In this document: positions 22,280 through 31,917 of the stretch, one piece after another
How positions within the stretch are numbered: position 1 is the first letter of the stretch
Layout: every line of letters begins with the position of its first letter
DNA from: Thraustochytrium aureum
Lineage: Eukaryota
Direction of reading: 5' to 3'
Assembly: GCA_012862495.1 (NCBI GenBank)
Contig: BLSG01000384.1
Span: 45,790 to 105,002 of the forward strand
DNA length: 59,213 nucleotides
Position numbers and translations under genes: made by a program
Notes under the pieces: model-generated
The model's database searches: none
Told to the model about the DNA's origin: nothing
The model's input: only the letters and a program-made list of their open reading frames with translations

Positions 22280-23627
22280 CTACCAGAGCCAGCTCGTGCG
22301 GCGCTGTGGCGTCGCTTGCTCGTTGTCGGAGCCGCTGTCCGCGCTGGTCAGGTCAGTGCGACTCCACGGGTCTGGATCCGGCGCAAAGTCGTCGCTCGGC
22401 GCTGCTACATGGAGTTGGCGCGCCGCCGAGCTCTTCTCGGGCTGCGGCATGGGTGGCGCTGCGGACGAAGGCTGTTGCTGCTCCTGGCGCTCCCCCGTGA
22501 CGGCTTCTAGCGCATCTTGCCCTGCAGAGGCTGCGCCAGCCGTGGCTTGGCGCCTGCGCTTGTCTACCTCTAGCAGGAGGTCCCGGAGCGCATATGGCAT
22601 GGCCGATCCGAACCCATACGCGGCTACGAGCAACAGGAGGGCGGCAATCACATAGTTGCGGACCGTACGGAGCGCCCTCGAGGGGTCTAGCTTGGCGCGG
22701 ACGCGCTCCTTGCGCTCGGCAACGCTCTCGGCGAGTTGCTTTGAGGCCGCGCTGGACTTTGACTTGACGGAAGAACTTAGCTGCTGCGCGCCTTGGCGCA
22801 TTCTCTCCACGGACTCGCGCTGCACATTCTCTGTGTGCTTGCGCACTTCCTCAATAGATTTTTGACTGACTTGAGCGGACTTTTCCCGGAGCGTTTCCAA
22901 GGACCGTGCCGCCTCTGCCTTGGTTGACTTGCGGAGCTGCTCTGCCCCCGCGGCAGCCTTTTCTTGAAGCATGCTGGACTCGGCGGCGGCCTTGCGCTTG
23001 ATGGCTTCGAGCGAGCTCGTGGCCCCTTGCGCGGCTTGGCGCACTTTTTGCAATGTCTCGCGCTGCACGCCCTCGGTGTGCTTGCGCAATTGCTCAATAG
23101 ACTTTTGACTGACTCGACCGGACTTTTCCCGGAGCGTTTCCAAGGACCGTGCCGCCTCTGCCCTGGCTGATTTGCGGAGCTGCTCTGCCCCCGCGGCGGC
23201 CTTTTCTTGTAGCCAGCTGGACTCGGCGGCGGCCTTGCGCTTGATGGCTTCGAGCGTGCTCGCGGTCTCTTGTGAGGCCCGCTTGCGAAGCGCCTCGCCT
23301 GCGTCCGCGGCCTGCTGGCGCACCCCATTCTACCCTGCTTCGCGCTGCCTCGCCGGCCTTCTTTGCGGCGGCCTCGGCGGCCGCATCTGAGTCGTTCGCC
23401 AGCTTTTCAGCCCTTGCCTTGGTGGCGCCCTTGCCGCGACCTTTGGCCTTTTCAGCGCTTTCGCGAATCCAGTCGCGCCAGCCCCCGGAAAGCCCTCGCA
23501 CAGAGCCGCAACCCTGCGCACCAGCCGGCGTCGCCCGTCGCATCAGGGGCTCAGGAGCAAGCCGCCATGTGCCGCACGACGCTGAGGCGCACCTCGCACG
23601 AGCTGCGCGCGGCGCCAGCCCAAACAT
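22280..23627 (-). CDS. Hypothetical helical repeat protein (LEA/apolipophorin-like) with putative mitochondrial presequence and one TM helix; frameshift near 23325
   Basis: N-terminus MFGLAPRAARARC... is Arg-rich and nearly free of acidic residues. Removing one G from a GGGG run joins the two ORFs as ...RSRVEWVRQQAAD. There is an internal 81-aa duplication and a TM segment YVIAALLLLVAAYGFG. Confidence 0.65.
22820..23262. repeat. Intragenic direct repeat, period 243 bp (81 codons), two copies
   Basis: 22851 tcaatag...ttgatggcttcgagcg matches 23094 tcaatag...ttgatggcttcgagcg with scattered substitutions. Confidence 0.9.
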
Positions 23628-24464
23628 TGGCGCCGCTCGAGCCAAGGCGGAGCGCGGTCTTGTGGCGACCGAGAGAAGCCGTCCAACCGCAGCAGCTGAA
23701 GCNNNNNNNNNNNNNNNNNNNNNNNNNNNNNNNNNNNNNNNNNNNNNNNNNNNNNNNNNNNNNNNNNNNNNNNNNNNNNNNNNNNNNNNNNNNNNNNNNN
23801 NNNNNNNNNNNNNNNNNNNNNNNNNNNNNNNNNNNNNNNNNNNNNNNNNNNNNNNNNNNNNNNNNNNNNNNNNNNNNNNNNNNNNNNNNNNNNNNNNNNN
23901 NNNNNNNNNNNNNNNNNNNNNNNNNNNNNNNNNNNNNNNNNNNNNNNNNNNNNNNNNNNNNNNNNNNNNNNNNNNNNNNNNNNNNNNNNNNNNNNNNNNN
24001 NNNNNNNNNNNNNNNNNNNNNNNNNNNNNNNNNNNNNNNNNNNNNNNNNNNNNNNNNNNNNNNNNNNNNNNNNNNNNNNNNNNNNNNNNNNNNNNNNNNN
24101 NNNNNNNNNNNNNNNNNNNNNNNNNNNNNNNNNNNNNNNNNNNNNNNNNNNNNNNNNNNNNNNNNNNNNNNNNNNNNNNNNNNNNNNNNNNNNNNNNNNN
24201 NNNNNNNNNNNNNNNNNNNNNNNNNNNNNNNNNNNNNNNNNNNNNNNNNNNNNNNNNNNNNNNNNNNNNNNNNNNNNNNNNNNNNNNNNNNNNNNNNNNN
24301 NNNNNNNNNNNNNNNNNNNNNNNNNNNNNNNNNNNNNNNNNNNNNNNNNNNNNNNNNNNNNNNNNNNNNNNNNNNNNNNNNNNNNNNNNNNNNNNNNNNN
24401 NNNNNNNNNNNNNNNNNNNNNNNNNNNNNNNNNNNNNNNNNNNNNNNNNNNNNNNNNNNNNNNN

Positions 24465-24740
24465 GTCAGCGCTCAGACCAAGGCGCTGACGAACGCGTTC
24501 GCGGTGCAGCTGGCGCTCGTGCAAGCAGAGCGGGACCGCCAGATCAAGTCGCTCAAGCGCGTCCACGAGGAGGAATGCGCCGTGCTGGCCGGGGAGGTCA
24601 AGCGCGGCATTGCTAGAGAGGAGGAGATCAAGTCGCGGCTGGCCGCCAGTATGTGCGACTTGATGGTTTTGAGCCGCGCATACGAGAGCCAGAGAGTCCA
24701 GGCGAAGGGGCTGCTCGACCCTGTGTACAATCACGCTTAG
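24465..24740 (+). CDS. C-terminal fragment of a coiled-coil hypothetical protein
   Basis: Open frame from the gap edge with GC3 bias: AERDRQIKSLKRVHEEE...REEEIKSRL, stop at 24738-24740. Confidence 0.55.
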   Translation, partial: VSAQTKALTNAFAVQLALVQAERDRQIKSLKRVHEEECAVLAGEVKRGIAREEEIKSRLAASMCDLMVLSRAYESQRVQAKGLLDPVYNHA

Positions 24741-24917
24741 CAAAGTAGCGAGGCGCGCTCGTCCGCCGCGTGCAGCAGCTGTTCTAGGACCGCCGCGCCC
24801 GTTCCCCGTGCTCTTCCTGCGGCAGAGGTGCACAGCTTGGTCAAGGGCAACGCAAGAAAAGTCCAACTGCCAGTTGAGGCGGGTGCGGGGCAAAGCGCGA
24901 GTTGCTTTGGTTTACGT

Positions 24918-26216
24918 TCACCAATCCAGCGTCTTGCTGGAGCCGCCGAGATAGTCGGCCCACGAGTAGCTCTTGTCCGAATAAAACATCTTGAGCCACT
25001 TGCCGTACTGAGCAAAGGGGCCGTCCCCGGCGACGAGGTTGCGCGGGGCGACGTGCACCTTGTGCTCCCACACCTGCTTGTCCTGGCCGACCGTCTCCTG
25101 GATCCACCAGTGCAGGAGCCGAGCGACAAACCAGGGGATATACCTGTCGGCGTACATGACCATGGTGGCCTGCTGGCGGAAGGGCTCGAGCGGGACCATG
25201 GCGTAGTGGGCCCTGAAGCGGCCGAAAACGGTGTCCACCTTGAAGAGCACGTTGTTGGGTCCCTGGATGTACACGTAGGTCACGATCGAGTCGGCGATAA
25301 ACTGCGGCACGGTGAGCAAATCCCAGCCAAAGACGCGCAGGCGGTCTAGCTTTTCCTTAATCAGGATGCAGTCCGGGGGCAGCTCGGTCCCCTCGCGGCC
25401 GTACATGGCGGTGATGGTGTGGTCGGCCTGCACGAGCTTGAGGTTGAAAGGCATGGGGAGATTCTGGTGCACGGTTTGGAAATGAAAGTAGTCTGCGCTG
25501 TTCTGGCTCGGCTCAAAGATGTGCATGAGCATGTCGTCCCATCGGTTGGCACAGACCCGGCGCATGCCCTCCTCGCGGATGTTGCGCTCGACCTCCTTCA
25601 AACCCGGATGGAGCTCCCAGCGCGGCGGGCCGTCTTCGGCGTCAAACCAGAAGAAGACGGCGGCGAGCTCCTTGCTCTCGTAGGTGTGGTACCTTTTCAG
25701 GTTGACGCGGCGCGACCCGGTCATGTCCTTTTTGCAGTACGGGATGTTCTTGTTCACCCCTTCGGCGTCAAACTCCCACAGGTGGTAGGGGCACTGGATG
25801 TTGTTGCCGACAACTTGGCCGCCGTGGCCGAGGTGCGTCCCGAGGTGCGAGCAGAAAGCGTCGACGACGCCGACGCGCCCGTCTTCGCCGCGGAAGGCCA
25901 CGAACTCGCGTCCCAGAGCAGAAATAGTCAACACCTTGCCCTTTGGCACTTCGCAGGAATCGGCCGCCTTGTACCAGCCGTCCGGGTACGGTTTTGGGAA
26001 GTGCCCCTGTTCCGCGCGAACGCGGTCCAGCTGCCTGCGCTTGAACGAGTCCGCGGCGAGCCTGCCGGACTTGAAGCTGTCTCTCCCATACACCTCCGGA
26101 CAGGTCATCCACCGCTGCAGCGCCCACAGCACCGCCACGATCCCAACGGCCAGCGCCGCGGTGCGCTGGAGCTCGCCCTGAGGCAGCACCGCGGCGGCCC
26201 ATTCTGCCATCATCAT
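24918..26216 (-). CDS. nvd: Rieske-type sterol (cholesterol) 7-desaturase, Neverland/DAF-36 family
   Basis: N-terminal TM helix, PYPDGWY, Rieske motif CSHLG...CPYH, non-heme iron motif NSADYFHFQTVH, and C-terminal DKQVWEHK...LVAGDGP...KWLKMFYS typical of this family. Confidence 0.88.
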   Translation of the reverse strand: MMMAEWAAAVLPQGELQRTAALAVGIVAVLWALQRWMTCPEVYGRDSFKSGRLAADSFKRRQLDRVRAEQGHFPKPYPDGWYKAADSCEVPKGKVLTISALGREFVAFRGEDGRVGVVDAFCSHLGTHLGHGGQVVGNNIQCPYHLWEFDAEGVNKNIPYCKKDMTGSRRVNLKRYHTYESKELAAVFFWFDAEDGPPRWELHPGLKEVERNIREEGMRRVCANRWDDMLMHIFEPSQNSADYFHFQTVHQNLPMPFNLKLVQADHTITAMYGREGTELPPDCILIKEKLDRLRVFGWDLLTVPQFIADSIVTYVYIQGPNNVLFKVDTVFGRFRAHYAMVPLEPFRQQATMVMYADRYIPWFVARLLHWWIQETVGQDKQVWEHKVHVAPRNLVAGDGPFAQYGKWLKMFYSDKSYSWADYLGGSSKTLDW

Positions 26217-27039
26217 CGCCTTTGCGCCTGTCGCCCTTCTTCCGCCAGAGACGCCGGCCTGCTCTTGCACAGAGCGCAACTTGCTGCCGTTCCGGGGCTG
26301 CGCGGGCGCCTCTGCTATGCGAGATGCCGAAGGAGCTCTGCTGCGGTTTCCAGCGTCGTCTGCTCTTGCCAGTGGTGAGTAGAGTACGATGGTGTCGCCC
26401 CGCCGCGCGTTGAACGAGATTTCTGCGTGGGCCGGCGCACTGCGCGACTTTGGCGGCAGTGTCGCTCGGGCGGGGGGCGCCACGTACTGCGTGGAATACC
26501 CCGGTCTGCTCCACAGATTACACCGGCTTGCGGCGTGTTTGCCCTGGCGCCCCTCGAGGTTGAATGCGCAATGTCCGAACTCTCCTCACTGCGCAAGAGC
26601 GGACACTGCCTGCTTGTGGGTGCGAGTTCCTGTTCGAGTTCGTCCGCAGTCCCACACACTCGACTCGATCGAGATTGAAAGTCCAAATTCCAGCGAGTAC
26701 CCTACCTGCCCACCGGTACTCTACCTGCTGCAGCGGCAGCCTCATGCCTGCCCGCCTCGACAGCACCAGGCCGCGGCCATGGAAGGAGCAGATGATGAAT
26801 ACATACATTTTTATTTGTATTGTGGAAAGTTTACGGAGGATTGGAGTACAATGTGTAGTAGAATGCCGATGCCTGCGAGGCCGAGTCCCGCAGCGAGGAA
26901 TCGCGGCTTGCGGGCCTCTCTCGCCAAGCGGTAGATACTTACATAGAGCACGGCCCAGCCCTCTACTCGGCTGGGCCGCGCGGCTCGGTGGCTCGCCTCG
27001 CCGACCTAGAGCTGCGTGGCTCGAGACTCCAGCTCGAGA

Positions 27040-28968
27040 CTAACTCGCGGCGACGTGATTCACTTGCACCTGCGTCGGCCGGAATTGCTGCTGGCCCAGC
27101 GCCACAGGGCCACCCGAAGACGAAGCCGGCAAGCGCTGGCGCAGATCTTGAGCGAGCGGGAGAGCCACCACACGCCCAACACCGCGCCCGATGTACGGCT
27201 CGTCCAGCACCGCGTCGACACGGGTCTGCGTAAACTCGTCGTCGAAATTGGCAACATCTAGCACATGGTGGAGGTGCGGGACCCAGGGCGGCGAAAGCTT
27301 GTAGCCGAGGACCGAGTCCCAGTCGATGTTCGCGAAGAAGTGGTGCGACGCAACATCGCTCTGCGAGCCGAGGCGCGCCGCGCCGTCCTTGTCCAAGAGT
27401 TTCGTGACCAGGTCGAATAAAGCAAACTCCTCAGGCCGCAAATCGGCCGGAGGCTGCACGGGCTCGCAGCAGATCAGGCGGCACACCTCGGCAGTGTCGT
27501 CGTCGAACCACGGCAGGTACCCAAAGGCCATCTCAAAGATGACGACGCCGAGGCTCCACCAGTCGGTCTCGAACGAGTGGGGCACGCGGCGCAACACCTC
27601 TGGCGCACTGTACACAAGGGTGCCCGAGTGAGTGATGACCTCGCGGCGCCCCGTCTCGGGGTTGACGTCCGCCTCGTGCTCTAATAGCACGGCGAGGCCA
27701 AAGTCGATGAGGCGCACGTGGCCATCCGCAGCGAGTGTGATATTCTCGGGCTTGAGGTCCCGGTAAAGGATGTCGTTCCGGTGCAGGTGGCCGAGAGCAA
27801 GCGCTATCTCGCAGGCGTAGAAGCGCACCTCGTGCGGGAAGAGGCGGTCATTCTTCTGCAGTAAACTGAAAAGCTCGCCGCCGGGGCAATACTCGGTCGC
27901 GATAAAGATATTTTGCGGCGTCTCGAGGGCAAAGCAGAACTTGACAATAAAGGGGTGGGCGCACCGCTCGAGCACCCGGAGCTCGTTCGCAGTGCGGTCG
28001 TCCGCATTGGCTTCAGTCATGCGCGACTTGGCTATCACTTTGAGCGCGAGGGCGTTGTCGGTAGAAAACTGTTCCAAAAACCTATCGTCAGGCCGCGGGG
28101 CGCCCTGGGGTCGCCCTGAGCCGTAGAGGCTGATTTCGCCCGCGCTGTTAGACCTCGACTTGAGGAAGGCGGCGCTCAGCCCCGACGGGCCAATCACGGA
28201 GGGCGAGCGGGCCCGCAACGCGTCCGTGGTGTCCCTGGCCAGAACTGGCTGGTCGTCGCTCGTGTGCCGGAGGAACCTGGGGAGGGCGGACGTTTTGACC
28301 GCGAGAGCCACGGACCCGAACGAGCCCTCTCCGATGACGCGCACGGCCTTGTAGTCCCGCTCCCCGTTCCTGCTGTAGCTGCTTCTGCTACTCTTCCTGG
28401 TTGTCGTCGCGGTCGAGCTGGTGCTGGCGGTCGTTGTCGGCGCGGTATTTGGGGATCCTGGAGCGACTTGGACTTGGCCGCCGCTGGCTTGCACGCGGTA
28501 GGCGTTGCTGGCGACGACGGTGCTGCGCAGAGCGCGAGGCCCGGGCGACCCCGTGGCGGGCGTTTGCGGAGGCATCGGCGTGCGGGACGCGGTGGCTAGC
28601 GGAGGGATGACGGCGCCGCCGACGCAGGCAGCTCTGCCATCAGCCCTGCGGCTGCTGGAGGGGCGCAACCCGGGCCGAAGCCCTTGCGCTTCGGGCTGCC
28701 CCCTGTTGCTGCTGCCTTCGCTTCGAAGACTACACCTTCTACTTGTCCCACGCGGCGCCCGCTCGTTCGTGTTGAGCGCGTTCAAGCCTGCGGCCTGCGC
28801 AGCCTTCGCAGGGGCCGCGCGCCGTGCGTCCCACGCAGCCATCCCAGCGCATCCGCTCTGGTGCGGCGCAGCCCACTCCCTTTCCCAGTGCTCAGCCTCC
28901 ACCCCAGCCTCCACCTCCACCGTCCCCGTCTTGCTCATCGTCGCCAGCCTCTTCAAGCACCTCTGCAT
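27040..28968 (-). CDS. AGC-group Ser/Thr protein kinase (start codon uncertain)
   Basis: GEGSFGSV, ALKVI, HPFIV, EYCPGGELF, YRDLKPEN, DFG, GT..Y.APE, DWWSLG, and the AGC tail PPWVP...NFDDEFT. Confidence 0.93.
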   Translation of the reverse strand: MQRCLKRLATMSKTGTVEVEAGVEAEHWEREWAAPHQSGCAGMAAWDARRAAPAKAAQAAGLNALNTNERAPRGTSRRCSLRSEGSSNRGQPEAQGLRPGLRPSSSRRADGRAACVGGAVIPPLATASRTPMPPQTPATGSPGPRALRSTVVASNAYRVQASGGQVQVAPGSPNTAPTTTASTSSTATTTRKSSRSSYSRNGERDYKAVRVIGEGSFGSVALAVKTSALPRFLRHTSDDQPVLARDTTDALRARSPSVIGPSGLSAAFLKSRSNSAGEISLYGSGRPQGAPRPDDRFLEQFSTDNALALKVIAKSRMTEANADDRTANELRVLERCAHPFIVKFCFALETPQNIFIATEYCPGGELFSLLQKNDRLFPHEVRFYACEIALALGHLHRNDILYRDLKPENITLAADGHVRLIDFGLAVLLEHEADVNPETGRREVITHSGTLVYSAPEVLRRVPHSFETDWWSLGVVIFEMAFGYLPWFDDDTAEVCRLICCEPVQPPADLRPEEFALFDLVTKLLDKDGAARLGSQSDVASHHFFANIDWDSVLGYKLSPPWVPHLHHVLDVANFDDEFTQTRVDAVLDEPYIGRGVGRVVALPLAQDLRQRLPASSSGGPVALGQQQFRPTQVQVNHVAAS

Positions 28969-31917
28969 GCCCGCCGCGCGCGTGCGCGCGCGCTTGGCGC
29001 AGGCCTTCGCGCGTGCGGCGCCGCTGCAACGTCAACAAGCAAAAAACCGCGACACCCCAAATGGCGACCNNNNNNNNNNNNNNNNNNNNNNNNNNNNNNN
29101 NNNNNNNNNNNNNNNNNNNNNNNNNNNNNNNNNNNNNNNNNNNNNNNNNNNNNNNNNNNNNNNNNNNNNNNNNNNNNNNNNNNNNNNNNNNNNNNNNNNN
29201 NNNNNNNNNNNNNNNNNNNNNNNNNNNNNNNNNNNNNNNNNNNTGCCTCTTCCTCCTCCTCCGCCTCCTTCCCCTTCCTTTGCTTGGCTCCTTTCTTCCT
29301 TCCCTTTGTTCGGTTCCTTCCTTCCTTTGTTACTAGTAGGTTCCTTTCTTTCTTCCTTTGTTCGGTGCCTTTCTGCCTCCCTTTGCGTGGTTTGGATGTT
29401 TTTTCTTTTCTTGATTTGTTTTGATCTCCCTCTCTCACAGCGCAGCCCCTTCCTCCTCCCGCACCTTTTGCCTCCGTAGGGCTGCGCCAGGGGAGGCGGC
29501 GCGAGGGGGAAGTACTGAGGGGGGAGGGCACAAAAACCTGCGGGGCCCTGAGGAGCCGACGAGGGAGGGGCCGGCCGGCCTTGGAGGCCGAAAGACCGCC
29601 GGTGAACGGGGTACTACTGTTTTAGCTAGTGACGTGACTAGGAGCTGCGGAAGGCCGACCGACGGCGGTCTTGACCGCCGTCGCGCTCGCATCAGCTCTT
29701 GAGCCGGGCCCTTGACTGCTAAGCACGAGCAGAAGAGCAGATGTCGTGAGAGCGAGCGGACGAAAACGAGTCCCACCCGGGGCCATGAGATGATTTTCCT
29801 CCTCTGCAGAAAACACCTCCTTTACTTTTTCGTTTCTCGTTTTTTTTGTGGGCGCCGTTGGGCCACAGTTGCGGACACGCACTGCGGGGCCCTGAGGGCG
29901 CAGCCTGGGACTCGCTCCATTCCCCCTCTCCGCCGCCGATGTGAGAGGCCCGCCCTGGGATCGGGGTCGGCCGACTCCCCTCCTCTGCCCCTCACAAGGA
30001 GAAAGAAAGTGGGATAGCCACATAGGCATATTTTTGAAAAAGAATAAAAAACAGAAACTCTACATACTCTACCTACGCGCCGGGCTCTCTTTGTCTTTTG
30101 GGCCTTGGCGCGTCCAGGAACGTGCGCCGCGAGGAAGGGCCGCATGGCGCGCGCGCAGCTCCGGGAGCTCGCTCGCGGCACGAAAACGCTGCCAGGCGGC
30201 CGCCGCGTGCAGCGTTTGCCACTCTACGCAGTACCACCACTCTGCCAACTCCACGTAACACACCACCGCCTGCTGGGACGCGCGCGTTTCTTGAGCGGTT
30301 TGCCCGCGCAGGCCATCGTCGAGCGTCGTTTTGGGGCGCAGACGCCGATCGGTTCGGACGCGAGCGGGTGTGCGGCGCACGGAAGAAGATCCTTTGCCCT
30401 GCGCTGCTCTGCCGCTGGCGCCGCTGCTGCTGGTGCTGCTTGTGCTGCTGCTCGTGCTGCTAGTGCTGCTGGCGCCGCTGGGGCTGCTGCTGACTCGGTT
30501 GCCAAAAGCGGCCCGGCCGGCCGGCCACCTGGTGCAATTGTCGCAAAGCTTGGATTGGATTGGGATTGGTCGGCGGGCGGGCTGCAGGGACGGCGAGCAA
30601 GAGGGCCTTTTGAACCGCTCTGCCCTCAACTCAAGACGGCGGCCACTGCGCGAAGGCAACGATGGTTTGGTTTCTTCACGGTGAGTACGTACTACCACCT
30701 CATCTGCTCAGGCTCGTCCATTGTAACTCTATTGCGTCGCGAGACTCGATTGTGTCGCGCACACCTTCGAGCTCGAGAGAAGGTGGAGCCCGGCCGTTGG
30801 CCTCGATCCCTTGGTGTGGCGGCCCCGTACCAAACGGAGGCAGCCAACCGGTGAGGACTCTCGTGTTTGGTGGCGAATCTGAACCGGTTGGCTCTGCACT
30901 TGCGAATTCTGCTGTTCAGCGTCCCCTTGACTCCAATGACCGACCGAGGAGAATGAAACACAAGCAAACACAGACTCCGAGTCCGGGCCCTTTGGAGCAC
31001 AGCTGGCCAGGAAGGTAACGGCCCTCACCTCATGTTGTGCACCGGCTGGGCGCCTTGAGCGCCTGGCGGACTCAAATCACTGGCAGCCCGGCTCCCGCGT
31101 GGCCTGACGTGTTTTGACCTGCTTTGGCGTGCTTTCCGAACCCTTCGCCAGCGACAAGCAGCGAGAAGATCAGGACTTCTTCGGCCGGTACGCTGGCAGA
31201 CCGCAGGTCGCGTCTGTCGTCACAAACAGGCATGAAGCCCACACGTGCGTTCGTGCGTCGTGTGCGTCCCAGGCCCACCTCTGCATTGATCAACGAGTTG
31301 CTTGCTCCAAGCTTGCTTGCTCAATCAAGCAGGGAGCAGTACCCACTCTCCTCAGCGGCAGCCAGCCAGGGCGGCCGTGAGGCCAGCAGTGTGCGGGCGG
31401 TGGGTGACGCAACTCGCCATCAAGTAGACCTGGAGCCATACGGTCAGTCACTGGCGCCGCAAGCACACAGAGGCATGGGTCGACCGACCATCACGATGCC
31501 GAGAAGGACGTGATGAAGCTGAGGAGTCGTGGCGCTCCTACTACTAGCTACTCTAGCTCTAGAGTAGTACACCCAGAGCCGGACTCGGGCGACAGGGCCG
31601 CGCGCTTTTGCTGCTGGCAAAATCAAAGCGCCCCCACTCGATAGGCGCGGTCGGCTGGCCGCCCGACGCACCCAAGTTCACCGGCCAACAGTCTGCACTG
31701 ATGACGTTGCGCTTGTTGCTGCGCGCAACGGCCAACAACAGTCTGCATTCTGATCCAATTCTGATGAGGTGATTCTTGTCGACTCGGGTGGGGTTTTGCA
31801 ACGATCGAGGATGGGGGCAGATGTTTTCGTTCTTGTTTGGTTTGTCAAGTTCATGAGGAGGCGGCCCTCGCGCAGCGCAGCGCCGACGTCGAGCAGCGCC
31901 CGCTCGCCGAGCAGCGC

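Noticed and set aside
29244..31830. Short ORFs and CT-rich / GCT-rich tracts between the kinase and the kinesin
   Set aside because: Low-complexity sequence with no recognisable protein or RNA-gene structure.
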